Of a stretch of DNA of 64,000 nt, positions 20,264-31,002 are shown piece by piece. Numbering within the stretch: position 1 is the stretch's first letter; every line of letters begins with the position of its first letter. The DNA is taken from the NCBI GenBank assembly GCA_977017575.1, contig CDRNVI010000044.1, forward strand, positions 310,001 through 374,000, in the 5' to 3' direction. The DNA is from Paramoeba atlantica (Eukaryota > Protista > Discosea). The notes below the pieces were generated by a model, which saw only the letters and a program-made list of their open reading frames with translations, ran no database searches and was not told the DNA's origin. The translations under genes and the position numbers were made by a program.

Positions 20264-22735
20264 ATGGAACGAATTTTATTCACTTTTGTGGAAATGGTAG
20301 GACAAGTTGCCACGGCCCATTTAGCTGATGGTACCATTTTAGAAGGTGTTTTTGCGTCCTACTCCCCCGTTGAAAAAGCGATAATGCTTCTAAAGTGCCG
20401 ACGACTAGTCAGCGAAGTACACAGTCTTTCTGAAAATAGTGATGCCAAGGATGTGTCCATGATTCCTACTGTCAACCTCATTCAATTAAAATTTTCCCGT
20501 ATTTGTCAAGAACAAAGCTCCATCATGAGACATTTACGAGAGAAGCAAATCACGAGAAGCGAAAGCTGTGATAAATCAGTGACAAGCTTTGCGAACTGGG
20601 CAGATGAGGACGACGAAGATGAAGATGACGTTTTGGAGAAGGAGAAATCACATCGAGCAGGCTCTTGGGACCAATTTAAAGCAAATGAGCACCTTGTACG
20701 CGGGAAAAGCACTTACGATGAGCTGCTTTATACTACTTCTATTCCTAAAAATCTTACAAGGGATCAGCGTGAATATGCTGAACGTGCGGCCAGAAAAATA
20801 GAACGCGGTAAGGTCGTCAATCTTCAACATGCGGTGGATCGTGGCATTGAGATAGGCGCAGATTATGATGAGGAAAGGCTTTTTAGCGGCGTGGAACGTC
20901 CTAAAGGAAGAAGTTCTCCGAAAAAGTCTCGTGACCTGATAGGTGGCCTGAATGTCAACGCATACATTCCTCCTGGACGTCGTGAAGCTGGAACACCTTC
21001 TGGGTTACTCATAAGCGAGAACATAGTTAAAGAGGAAGCCCCGAGATCTAGGTCGGTAGATGAGATTCCACGTACCTTACCTATTGACAAGCAAACTACT
21101 TCTGAAGAAACTCCGGACGTTTCGAAAGAGACAACTGCTTCAAAAACATTTCTGAATCCCAATGCACGTGCTTTTACTCCTAGTTTTGTGACTTCTTTAG
21201 AGAAAACAGCTAAAACGGTCACAGAATCACCTCCAAACACTTGGAAACCAGATCTTAGAATCTCTTTTCTTCGCGAAAAGGACGGCCTGCTTCGGCACCT
21301 CTGTCAACAGGAACACCTACGTCACCCCAACGCCGAGAGGGCTATTCCAGCCACAGAATCCTATGCTTCACAGACCCCGGAGTCCTCTCTGTACTCAAAG
21401 CCCACAGAGGACATGAGCACCAGTGCGGTCTCGACGCAGCCTCACCTTTACCCTCCTCTCCCCGCGGGGGACACCCATGGCATCATCACCCCCTCGGTCA
21501 CTCCTCCAGTGAACTACGGTACCTACACCTATGCACTCTCCGACGGAACCGTGGTAGAGCCTTGGGACGTCGAAGCCCTTCACTCCGCCGCATCCTCCTC
21601 GGCCGCCTACCCCCACCAAACCCCCTCTACCCCCTATGTGGGTCATCTCCGTTCCGACATGTCCGAGCTCCCGCCGGAGTTCAAACCCTCACGCGCCCAG
21701 GTACCTACCCCGCTGATGACCACCCCCTACGGCTCGGGGCACCACCTCTACGCCGAGAGCTCTCTCGGAGGAACCCCGAGTGAGTACTACTACCACCCCT
21801 CCGAGACGCTTCCGTCCCATGAGGCCCGGCAGCCCGGGTCCTACACAACAGCGTCACACGCGGGTTACCCTCACTACCCCTACCCCGACCCTCACGGGTA
21901 CGCAGCTCAGTACACCACCCCGCTGTCCTGGGAGGCCCGGTACCCGGTAGCTCACACCCATGTGGGCGCCTACGACCCGCGGGTTAAGCCGTTAAGGAGT
22001 GGACGGGGAGGTGAGGCTTTTGTTTCCGGGATAGCGCACGGCACGATGCCGAGTGGGGAGTATTCGAACCGTGCTACGGGTCGAGGTTCACATTACTATT
22101 CAAGGACGCATTACCCGGAGTCAAAGCAATCTACAGGGGGTGGGGGTGGTCGACGTGCTGCCTCCACCGGGGCTACGCATGCCCCTCGTGGGAGATACGA
22201 TCGGGAGCGCAAGCCGCTGGCAGAGCAGCTGAGTGCGTCGACCCCGGTGAATTTTCCTCCTCCCCCCGGGAGTCCAATGGGGAGCCTCACTGCCACGGGA
22301 GTGTCGTTTGAGCCAAACTCGCAAACTACTCCTCCGGGGGTCACCGTGGCTCCGGTAGTTCCTACGATCATAACAAGTGCTTCTGCGGGATCTACACGGC
22401 CGATTTTACCTACGAAAGAGGTTGAACAAAGCGAGGCTTCGGTCGAAGGGAGCTCACGAGGAGGCATCTCGCGTCATCGCCATCGGCCCTCTACTCCGCC
22501 ATCTTCAACGAAAATGCCCGCAAAAACAGTGGCGGGGATGCAGAGAGAGTCGCCGGTACGGTCCTCACAGTCCAGTAGTCTGGAGAGCTCGGATGCTCCG
22601 CCGAGATCTGCGCCTTCAAATGAGAAAGCACCTTCTGCTGGTGGTGACTCCCGCGGTACGGTGACAACACCTAAATCATCGAAGGAAAAGGGTAAATATT
22701 TCAACCGAAAGTCTCACCCAAAACCTCATTCATAA
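20264..22735 (+). CDS. PBP1: Ataxin-2/Pbp1 homolog (LSm, LsmAD, PAM2)
   Basis: LSm-like AHLADGTILEGVF; LsmAD WDQFKANE...STYDELLYTT...NLQHAVDRG; PAM2 FLNPNARAFTPS. ATG at 20264; the upstream part of the listed ORF is repeat DNA. Confidence 0.9.
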   Translation: MERILFTFVEMVGQVATAHLADGTILEGVFASYSPVEKAIMLLKCRRLVSEVHSLSENSDAKDVSMIPTVNLIQLKFSRICQEQSSIMRHLREKQITRSESCDKSVTSFANWADEDDEDEDDVLEKEKSHRAGSWDQFKANEHLVRGKSTYDELLYTTSIPKNLTRDQREYAERAARKIERGKVVNLQHAVDRGIEIGADYDEERLFSGVERPKGRSSPKKSRDLIGGLNVNAYIPPGRREAGTPSGLLISENIVKEEAPRSRSVDEIPRTLPIDKQTTSEETPDVSKETTASKTFLNPNARAFTPSFVTSLEKTAKTVTESPPNTWKPDLRISFLREKDGLLRHLCQQEHLRHPNAERAIPATESYASQTPESSLYSKPTEDMSTSAVSTQPHLYPPLPAGDTHGIITPSVTPPVNYGTYTYALSDGTVVEPWDVEALHSAASSSAAYPHQTPSTPYVGHLRSDMSELPPEFKPSRAQVPTPLMTTPYGSGHHLYAESSLGGTPSEYYYHPSETLPSHEARQPGSYTTASHAGYPHYPYPDPHGYAAQYTTPLSWEARYPVAHTHVGAYDPRVKPLRSGRGGEAFVSGIAHGTMPSGEYSNRATGRGSHYYSRTHYPESKQSTGGGGGRRAASTGATHAPRGRYDRERKPLAEQLSASTPVNFPPPPGSPMGSLTATGVSFEPNSQTTPPGVTVAPVVPTIITSASAGSTRPILPTKEVEQSEASVEGSSRGGISRHRHRPSTPPSSTKMPAKTVAGMQRESPVRSSQSSSLESSDAPPRSAPSNEKAPSAGGDSRGTVTTPKSSKEKGKYFNRKSHPKPHS

Positions 22736-23254
22736 AATGCGTCAAACATGGATGAAAGATTTTTTGTCCTCATACTTTTTCACATCGGAAGTTTGTTTGT
22801 TCTAAAGACATGAAGCTAGGAATGTTCTAGAGACATGAAGAAATGGAGGAGTCAACCTCCCTTTCGTGACCACGTGCGCAAGGATTGGAGATCGGTAATC
22901 CTTTTTATGTTTTATTGAGCTTTCTTATTGGGCGCACAATAGCCTGTATGTACAGTACTGTATGTGCAATAGACTACTGTATGTAGATCAGTACCCATCC
23001 TTTTTTACTTCTATTCGACTTACTTTTCTTCATTATTCATTAGCCTATTGAAGGACTTCAAGCCAATCTGTTTCTGTTTCATGTGGCCTATACAAGAAAA
23101 TATGTTTGTAATGAAATCTACTTAGTGTGCGGGATTTTGGCGTTTACTCTTTTAATGTTCCTGGGTTGCATTTTACTGGTATTTCCATCAAAGCCATCTT
23201 ACATCTGAGGAGTAGAACTTAAAGGTGGAGGACATCCAAGGAAGTTTGAGCTAG

Positions 23255-25177
23255 ATGAATTCTCGGCAGCCTCCAAGTACGTATCGAAGTGATGCTTCTA
23301 TGGGCGTTATAACAAAGCTGTTCGCCAAGCACAGTAACATATCTCCTAGTGGAGTTCTGAAGGCGTGCGCTGAAGATTTTATCGTGCATGAAATTGGCCA
23401 AGACGGTTGTATTGCGGGCATACATGTCCCGCAAATAGCAGAATATTCAAAAGAGGCAGATGGCTGCGATCAGGGTATGTTGGGATCCAAAGATCCTCCT
23501 ATAAATACCAATACATGTACGCCAGCGAAAACCGAACTAAGTGATGCTGAAAAAGATCACATTCAACTCCTTAAGGATTCCTTTGGTACGCACGCCTTAG
23601 AAACGGTACTGCAGCTTTGCAGTAAGAAAACGCCTTCCCACAGGGATCGAGAATCTAAATTAGGGGATGCAACACCAAAAGCTGGCTTTGCATTAGAAAC
23701 TTCTACGCAAGAGAAGCTCTCCGAACTGCCACGTACAGGAATAATGAATATCAAACTCCTAGTTCCTATGAACAAAGAACAACGCACGAGAGTGCACGAA
23801 GCTGTAAGATTTTGTTTTCCACTGTTAACCTCTACATATTGTGGTGACAACTCCTTTGATATTCGAGTTTGCAGATCAGAAGATCGCAAACGCTCCCGTG
23901 CATGCGAGAGTCCATATTACTTGCATTTCACGCTGGAAAAAAGGAACATGGATACAGCTTCTGCCATCCAATACCTTTCCCGTAGCTTGCATCTATCTCA
24001 CAAGTTATTCGGATTTTCCGGTGCAAAAGACAAAAGGGCGCAAACATTCCAACGTGTTTCACTTTATCGAGGGGATTGGAGTCAAGTTGAAAAGCTCAAT
24101 ACACATGGCCGAGTATCAGTCAGTTGTCCTGAGCGCAAACCTGATAAGCTCTGGCTTGGCGCACATCGCGGAAATTACTTTAAAATTGTAGTGAGAGAAG
24201 TATCGCACTGGGGAGTATGCGAAGATAAACTCCTTGCAAATATCCGAAGCGTTGGTTTTATTAACTTTTATGGACCTCAACGTTTTGGTACCGCACCAAT
24301 AGCAACACATGAAATAGGCATAGAAGTATTGCTGGGCAAGCTGGATAGGGCAATCGGTCTAATATTTTTGAACGCTTCTCAAACATCTCCGAAATTTGCC
24401 AATGCTACGCGAGCAATAAACCTCCCTGATATCAAGTCTGTGTCTGCACAACCGGGCTCCAAAGGTGTATTTTCCTCGGCAGCAGCTGAGCTGAATTTTA
24501 AATTCAGGACTGAGAAGGGAATTTTATTATCTCTGGCTTCTGAACCTCATGACTATCAAAGAGCTTGGATGACCTTACCACGCAATACTCGAAGTCTGTA
24601 CGTTCATGCTGTCCAAAGCTGGGTATGGAATTGTGTAGCATCGGAGAGAATTCGTTGTTTTGGGAGTATTGTAGTGGTCGGAGATCTCATGCTGCCAAAT
24701 ACTGGATGTCAGCATGAGAGAACAGAATCAGATCTTGATCTTGACACGTCAGAATCTTCCCACAACGATACAACATGTGCATCGAGTATTGACAAGCCAC
24801 AAGTGGTAACGCGTGAGAACATTGAAAAGTGTTGTATAACCGACATTGTCTTGCCTTTGCCGGGATCTGATCCAGGACTCTTGTTCCCTGAGCATCACAT
24901 AAATCGCATGTTTTACGAAAGGGTATTAGCGCAATTGGGTTGTGAATCTATATTTACGACCCAAGCACGTGAATACAACATAAAGGGCAGTTACCGATAC
25001 CTCATAGTGAAACCTGACAAGATGGACTTCTCCACTGAGGAATTAACAACACCTGAAAACAGGGAAATAGTTGAGGAATCGAAGCCAATGAGATCGCTCC
25101 ATTTATCTTTCGCACTGCCTCCTGGAAGCTATGCAACTTCTCTCTTACGAGAAGTTTTTAACTGGGGCGGTATGTGA
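23255..25177 (+). CDS. PUS7: tRNA pseudouridine synthase TruD/Pus7
   Basis: LKACAEDFIVHEI, FGFSGAKDKRAQTFQ, GNYFKIVVR, GFINFYGPQRFG, LYVHAVQSWVWN, FALPPGSYATSLLRE. Confidence 0.95.
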   Translation: MNSRQPPSTYRSDASMGVITKLFAKHSNISPSGVLKACAEDFIVHEIGQDGCIAGIHVPQIAEYSKEADGCDQGMLGSKDPPINTNTCTPAKTELSDAEKDHIQLLKDSFGTHALETVLQLCSKKTPSHRDRESKLGDATPKAGFALETSTQEKLSELPRTGIMNIKLLVPMNKEQRTRVHEAVRFCFPLLTSTYCGDNSFDIRVCRSEDRKRSRACESPYYLHFTLEKRNMDTASAIQYLSRSLHLSHKLFGFSGAKDKRAQTFQRVSLYRGDWSQVEKLNTHGRVSVSCPERKPDKLWLGAHRGNYFKIVVREVSHWGVCEDKLLANIRSVGFINFYGPQRFGTAPIATHEIGIEVLLGKLDRAIGLIFLNASQTSPKFANATRAINLPDIKSVSAQPGSKGVFSSAAAELNFKFRTEKGILLSLASEPHDYQRAWMTLPRNTRSLYVHAVQSWVWNCVASERIRCFGSIVVVGDLMLPNTGCQHERTESDLDLDTSESSHNDTTCASSIDKPQVVTRENIEKCCITDIVLPLPGSDPGLLFPEHHINRMFYERVLAQLGCESIFTTQAREYNIKGSYRYLIVKPDKMDFSTEELTTPENREIVEESKPMRSLHLSFALPPGSYATSLLREVFNWGGM

Positions 25178-25577
25178 TTCTTTCTTGGCATTCCTAGGAT
25201 GACGAAGACTTCGACTCGAAGAATGTATTGGAATAATTAAACTTGTGAGTCAACAATCCCTGTTGGATTTTGTGGGGTTCTTTTTTTTCAGAGTTCTATG
25301 TGAACTTTCGCAATAGTACAGCGTAGCTGTTTAATACTAAGAAGAGTGACTGGGTGAGAGCGCCTAGAAACGCTTGTAAATATTGGCCCAATATTACTTC
25401 GACGAAGTTCGTAGTTGTATGTCACTAATATTAGTTTATAGGTAAAGTCAATAATAGGAGCGCATAAATATCATAATATTAGCGCATGAATATCATATTA
25501 AGAGCGCCATAAATATCAGAGCGTATATCTTGAAAATAAGCTTTTTCTTGTAAAATGAAATGATAGCATTCTGAATC

Positions 25578-26420
25578 ATGCAAGAAACGGACATACCATT
25601 ATTGTGTTCAAGTTGCCTGGGGTCTAATCGAAAGGTTCAACTCCTGAAAAAGACAAATGGGAAGGAATGCAACATATGTCAACGACGTTATACGAGCTAT
25701 CAGTGGCGTCCAAGCACTGTAACACGAAAGCTTGCTTCCACAGTAATGTGCTACACCTGTGCACGTCTAAAAAATGTGTGTCAATGTTGTGTGAAAGATA
25801 TGCAGTACGGAATGTCAGTAACACAGAGGGATCGCATAAACCCAGTAAATCCCCACCTTAGTTCTGCAGACAATGTGATGACTAGAAGAAGCATAGTTAG
25901 TGAGCAGGAACACTGTTGGAAAAAACAACGAACGGAGGAGACAATAGAAGTGCAGCGCCGCATTCTTGAATCATCTACATCGGGATTACTTGGTGATAAT
26001 CCAAAGCGCAACGAAATGGAACGATCGCTCTCTGTTACCACTGGCAAACCTTGTGTCTCGCTAGGTCAGTCTTACGAAACTCCAGTCCTTCCGGTTACAG
26101 TAAAAGAGGTTGACCCAATAGCCGTTGAGCACGAACTTCATAAATATGAGACAAAGAAAAGAGTTAAAGGCCATAAAAAACAGATTAATGCTCAGGAAGA
26201 AAGTTCTTCTACCGATGAGGATAAAATTTGCCATTTGCGCGGCAGTAGGGCTCGAGTTTTTGGACCCATTGAGACGCATCACGATTTTCCCTACGGTTTG
26301 AAAAAAGCGAATGACCCATTACTTCATAGCACCGGAGACCAAGAAGAGCAGAACACTTCCCACCGATTCCCACCTGGGGGAAGTATTGTATCTCGCTATT
26401 ATGGCGAGGACGAATTATAA
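25578..26420 (+). CDS. RBM22/Slt11(Ecm2)-like splicing factor, N-terminal zinc-binding domain only
   Basis: PLLCSSCLG...GKECNICQRRYTSYQW...CYTCARLKNVCQCCVKDMQYGMSVTQRD. Confidence 0.8.
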   Translation: MQETDIPLLCSSCLGSNRKVQLLKKTNGKECNICQRRYTSYQWRPSTVTRKLASTVMCYTCARLKNVCQCCVKDMQYGMSVTQRDRINPVNPHLSSADNVMTRRSIVSEQEHCWKKQRTEETIEVQRRILESSTSGLLGDNPKRNEMERSLSVTTGKPCVSLGQSYETPVLPVTVKEVDPIAVEHELHKYETKKRVKGHKKQINAQEESSSTDEDKICHLRGSRARVFGPIETHHDFPYGLKKANDPLLHSTGDQEEQNTSHRFPPGGSIVSRYYGEDEL

Positions 26421-26806
26421 AGTGAATTCCTTCCTTACCGCTTGGACAGCTTGATTCGTAGAGAGATGTTTAAGATCTCGGTAAGTTGAAGATCTTAACG
26501 TGTTCTGCACGTACTCGTAACATGCTCGTCTGCGCTTAAATGGTGGGATGACGGCGGTTGAAATACTTTCAGCAGAATCAATGTGTGGCATCAATCAATG
26601 TGTGTGGCATCATTTTATGGTCACTCTGTGCGTGATTGTGCTAGGGCATAGCTCACGTGGCCATCAGACAACGTAAATTAAATACAACGCCGTCAGCGAA
26701 TGCGAAAACAATATGCTACAATATGCTACAATAATACACACATTGGTGGTAACGTTGGGTCTTTTGTATTCGAAAAAAATGTGTTCATCTAAACTTTGAA
26801 GAAATA

Positions 26807-26987
26807 CTGTCCCCCTCCCCTTAAGCGTACCCGGTCCGATCCCCCGTTTAAGTGCACATACAGTTGAGGTGCAAACTGCAGTGCCGGGAAACAGCGCCAA
26901 TTTCTTTTATGTAGTGATTCAGACCCTTCCCCCGTTTAAGTACACTTTTGACGAAAATTGAGGTGCGCTTTAAAGGAGGGGGAACAG
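26807..26987. mobile_element. 181-bp TA-flanked MITE with CTGT...ACAG ends
   Basis: TA-CTGTCCCCCTCCCCTTAAGCG...CGCTTTAAAGGAGGGGGAACAG-TA; internal direct repeats CCCCGTTTAAGT and TTGAGGTGC, each twice. Confidence 0.65.
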
Positions 26988-27073
26988 TACTAGAAGAGTG
27001 CTAAAATTTATCTACTATCATATTGGATCAACATAACGTTTTTGTCACTAAGCTGAGATCACAACCCCTTAAC

Positions 27074-28513
27074 ATGCAACCTTCTACACCTCGTCTTTCG
27101 TTTCAACGTTCTCCGTCTCACCTTCTCAGCAGTCGGGGCGCAAAAGCCGCAGGAGTATTCTCTTACCCCATCCCACCTGCTCCAGCCCCTACTTTCCAGC
27201 CCGGTGCTTCCTCGGGGCCCTCAAACCGGTACCTCGTTCTGGGGGAGGGAATCACTGCACCCTTTATGGCGCTTTGCCTTCGCCTTCGTGGGCTAGAGTG
27301 TGATCTCGCGATCACCCAGAGTCCGGAGAGTGACCAGGACCGGGGGTCCGTGGTGCTTACCCCGGGTGCCACACAAGTGCTCGGGGATGTCATGGGGATT
27401 TCCGTCCCCCACGGTAGTGTGGCAGGTCGGCTGATCTCATTCGACCACGTAGGGAATGACCTCTGCGATCTCGATCTCGCGGGACTCTGTGAGAAGGGCG
27501 ATGAGGCACCGACGTTCTACTGCTGCGATCGGCAACGCATTGAGGACTCTCTGCTGTCACTTTGCCGGCTCAGCCAGTACGCATGTACAGTACTTTCCCC
27601 AGGCTCAGTTGTGGATGCGCGGACAATGACCGTGGCGGGAGAAGATTGCGTCAGTCTTCGGTTTCTGAACAACCCAGGCGTAACACGGGTGTACCGGAAA
27701 GTGATTGCTACATCACGTCATCACTCGATACTCCCCGACTGTTCTCAAACGGATGAGCAAACAAGGTACCATGTGCAGAACGAGGAGACATTAAGTGACG
27801 CGAAATCTCTTCGGTGGTTGGAGTACAAAGTACCAGAGTTTTCACCCGTCACGGACATGGAAAAACGGTTTACCCCTGGGAGTCAAGAAATCGTTGAAAT
27901 TCTTACTCCAACAGAGTCTAAGGTGATTGTAAGACCGATGATGAGCCCTTCACGGTTGTACTACAGTGTCATTTTGAGCCTTTCCGAGGAACTTTCCGAT
28001 CCTCGCCGTACGAGTTGCGATCCCACTACCTTCTGGCGAGAGCTGGTGCGCGTCTTCACTGGCAATCTCCCGGGCTACATTTCCCACACAATGTTTAAAC
28101 CTCTGATTCTTCACACGCAAAAGTACACAACGGCGAGAGACTTTCTGGTCTACCGTACCCCGCAGTACGTTCTCCCCTTTTGGTCAGAGATGGATGGGAA
28201 GTTTCTTCGCATAGGCCACTCGGCGCACTGTTCACACACTGATGCGATTGACGTCACAGAGGCAATCGCCTTTCAGGATTGTATGGAACTTAGCTCCCAA
28301 CTAGCCAGTAATACTGTCAACGCCCCACGCTGGCTGCAAGAAACGCGTCGTCCCGAGGTCGAAAAGATGTATTCGCATCACCAGAGTTTACTTGACTACG
28401 CCCTCCTACCGCGAACGACATTCGGCTATGTATGCAGTCGTTTCAAAATGCGCTTTATGGGCCGTTACAAAAGGGCTTGGAAAAAACTTCTGTTCCCTCT
28501 GCGAAGGTTTTAA
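27074..28513 (+). CDS. FAD-dependent monooxygenase-fold protein with degenerate motifs
   Basis: RYLVLGEGITAPFMALCL at the Rossmann position, CDRQRIEDSLL, and RIGHSAH at the GDAAH position. Confidence 0.6.
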   Translation: MQPSTPRLSFQRSPSHLLSSRGAKAAGVFSYPIPPAPAPTFQPGASSGPSNRYLVLGEGITAPFMALCLRLRGLECDLAITQSPESDQDRGSVVLTPGATQVLGDVMGISVPHGSVAGRLISFDHVGNDLCDLDLAGLCEKGDEAPTFYCCDRQRIEDSLLSLCRLSQYACTVLSPGSVVDARTMTVAGEDCVSLRFLNNPGVTRVYRKVIATSRHHSILPDCSQTDEQTRYHVQNEETLSDAKSLRWLEYKVPEFSPVTDMEKRFTPGSQEIVEILTPTESKVIVRPMMSPSRLYYSVILSLSEELSDPRRTSCDPTTFWRELVRVFTGNLPGYISHTMFKPLILHTQKYTTARDFLVYRTPQYVLPFWSEMDGKFLRIGHSAHCSHTDAIDVTEAIAFQDCMELSSQLASNTVNAPRWLQETRRPEVEKMYSHHQSLLDYALLPRTTFGYVCSRFKMRFMGRYKRAWKKLLFPLRRF

Positions 28514-28607
28514 TCCTGCCTACTCTTTCATGTGAAGTTTTGTTCAAGTGCGAATTTAGCATGTTTGACCTCAATTATCGTATGTACACATGTTTGGTTG
28601 CACATCG

Positions 28608-28696
28608 TTCTAGTCCAGAATAGACTATTCTGGACTAGAATAGTGCCACATACATTGACTATTGACGTACATTGACTATTGTAGTGCCACATACAT
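28608..28696. repeat. Perfect 15-bp hairpin followed by short direct repeats, upstream of PIF1
   Basis: TTCTAGTCCAGAATA-GAC-TATTCTGGACTAGAA (28608-28640); TAGTGCCACATACAT twice. Confidence 0.7.
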
Positions 28697-28815
28697 AATT
28701 TACGTTTTCCTTGATTTAATAGATATAGTTTTACCAGTGTCACTTCCTAAAGCTCAGAAAAATCTTTGCCTATGGTTCCACACTCTTGACTTCTAGCGCC
28801 ACAAACTGATATACC

Positions 28816-31002
28816 ATGTATCGATCTGTTCGCCTATTCAAGCTGTCTCACTTCGACACGAAGGATGTTCGTGCATCACTTGTTTATAATCCACTTACCA
28901 GACGTGCACTTCCTATGAAAAGCAAACAAATGGAACGCTGGGTTAACCTTGGCTTTCAACCATCCAAAAACTCCTCTCTCTATCTTGAAAATGAGTACCT
29001 TTTTTGGCAGCTCGCTAACGAACTCCTCGCGATTAAATTTTCGGGTGAAGGGTTGAAGTCTCTACTCAAACCTTTGGGAAAGTACGCCTCGCAAACGCTT
29101 TCTCACATGGTGCACGACAGCAATTCAGCAACTGAACTCATCGATCAATTACATAAGTATCTGGATCGTGAAGCACAGGAGTATTGCCGTCGCCAGTCAC
29201 AGAGCCCTGAGACCATTGACTTTGGCATCGGCGGGGATTCAATTGGAGAACGGGTTGATCTTACACAACTTACAACAGATCAACGAAATGCGTTAGAAAT
29301 TGCAAAATTGGGTTATAACTTATATCTTGGGGGATCTGCTGGGACGGGTAAGACAGTAGTGCTCCGCGAAATTGTAAATACTCTTCGACATGAAAGAAAG
29401 TTCCGCATTGCTGTGACAGCCTCCACGGGCGTTGCGGCTGCAAATATCAATGGATATACCTTTCATCACTTGTTTGGATTAGATGGATTATTGACCACAC
29501 ATTTGAAAAATTTGGACGCAATCCTGATTGACGAAGTTTCAATGATTCAATCGGAACTGCTCGCTCATCTGGATATTGCTGCTCGAGCGACAAGAAAAAA
29601 TTCTATGCCCTTTGGAGGCATTCAACTGATACTCTGTGGAGATTTTTTGCAACTTGGAGGCATTCCTAATCACCCACTTTTTTACAATGACCTTTTTATG
29701 CAACATTTCGTTCATGTGAAACTAACAACAATTCATCGCCTTGCAGAGCAACAAAATGAGTTTTCCCACATTCTGAAAGAAGTACGGTATGGGCAGCTAC
29801 CTTCCAGCATTTTTAATTGTGTAAAAACAATTTCAAGCAACGAAGAATTGCCGGAAGAGCCGGACGCTATCTATATTTTTCCACGAAACGAAGACGTACT
29901 GCGTCGTAACTCTCGCCGTCTTGCATTATTGCCCGGTTCGACCCAGTCTTTTCCAAGTCAACTAGGAAAAACGGAATTGATCGAGGATTGGACACCAAAG
30001 TGTGTGATACAACTCAGCGAGGTTGAGGAAAAAATAGGCAGCTCACTTGCTGATCTTAAACGTCGCGTTGCCCATGAGATGGAGAAAAACAGGGCAAGTG
30101 AAAATGAGTTTCGGGACATTGTGCTTTCGGTATATCCTTTGGATTTGGACAACGCACAGGATTTGAGGTGCGCCATTCGGGCTAAGGTCTTATCGGTGTG
30201 CATTGAAGATGAGGCACGGCGTGCTGAGGTGGTGGAAACTGCCACCCTAAGCGTCCTGCAGGGGCTCCGCGTATCATTGAGCAACATGGGTTATGAAACA
30301 CTCTCCGAGGTAGCAACGCCGGACGACATCCCTATCCACATTCAAACAAGGCTTCAGGAGAGGGCGCGAAAGGAGTTATTCTACGAGCCCTTGGGATTGC
30401 GTGTCGGCGCGCGTGTGATGCTTCGTTGGAACTTGAGTAGAACTCTGGTTAATGGATCAGTGGGAATAGTGGAGGGATATGCGGACCCAAGTACTCAGGC
30501 ACAGTACCAGGGAAGCATTCCTCCTCGGATGTACGAAGAGGTACCGAAGTACATGGATTTTTTGAGAACCCAAGAGCAGGAACTACCGCTACTCCCTCTT
30601 GTGCGGTTCAATAATAACGAGCTCGTTCTAGTCCCCCCTTTGGCCATTCCCGTCGGAGGCGATGTTGGCACGGAGTACTATTCCACCTATTTGTTAGGAA
30701 TACCGCTGCAGTTAGCCTACGCGTTTACAGTTCATAAAGTACAGGGCTTAACGTTGACAGGTAATGTTATATTGGACTTGACAAAAATGTTTTCTTGCCC
30801 TCATTTGCTGTATGTGGCGTTGAGTCGAGTGCGCAATCCAAAACAGTTGATCGTAAAAGCATTGGATGCAAAGTGGTCCGAGACAGATCCCATGGCATTA
30901 GCCTTCGATCAAGACATTCCGGGTGCAGACAACGTAGATATGAAGTCCCTTCCAGTAAAAGCCAGAGCTATGTTGAACTATCATTCCGTTGATAGAAAGT
31001 AA
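28816..31002 (+). CDS. PIF1: PIF1-family 5'-3' DNA helicase, probably mitochondrial (kDNA)
   Basis: GSAGTGKT, TASTGVAAANING-x-TFH, LIDEVSMI, PFGGIQLILCGDFLQL, LVNGSVG, PLQLAYAFTVHKVQGLTL, YVALSRVR; presequence-like N-terminus. Confidence 0.93.
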   Translation: MYRSVRLFKLSHFDTKDVRASLVYNPLTRRALPMKSKQMERWVNLGFQPSKNSSLYLENEYLFWQLANELLAIKFSGEGLKSLLKPLGKYASQTLSHMVHDSNSATELIDQLHKYLDREAQEYCRRQSQSPETIDFGIGGDSIGERVDLTQLTTDQRNALEIAKLGYNLYLGGSAGTGKTVVLREIVNTLRHERKFRIAVTASTGVAAANINGYTFHHLFGLDGLLTTHLKNLDAILIDEVSMIQSELLAHLDIAARATRKNSMPFGGIQLILCGDFLQLGGIPNHPLFYNDLFMQHFVHVKLTTIHRLAEQQNEFSHILKEVRYGQLPSSIFNCVKTISSNEELPEEPDAIYIFPRNEDVLRRNSRRLALLPGSTQSFPSQLGKTELIEDWTPKCVIQLSEVEEKIGSSLADLKRRVAHEMEKNRASENEFRDIVLSVYPLDLDNAQDLRCAIRAKVLSVCIEDEARRAEVVETATLSVLQGLRVSLSNMGYETLSEVATPDDIPIHIQTRLQERARKELFYEPLGLRVGARVMLRWNLSRTLVNGSVGIVEGYADPSTQAQYQGSIPPRMYEEVPKYMDFLRTQEQELPLLPLVRFNNNELVLVPPLAIPVGGDVGTEYYSTYLLGIPLQLAYAFTVHKVQGLTLTGNVILDLTKMFSCPHLLYVALSRVRNPKQLIVKALDAKWSETDPMALAFDQDIPGADNVDMKSLPVKARAMLNYHSVDRK

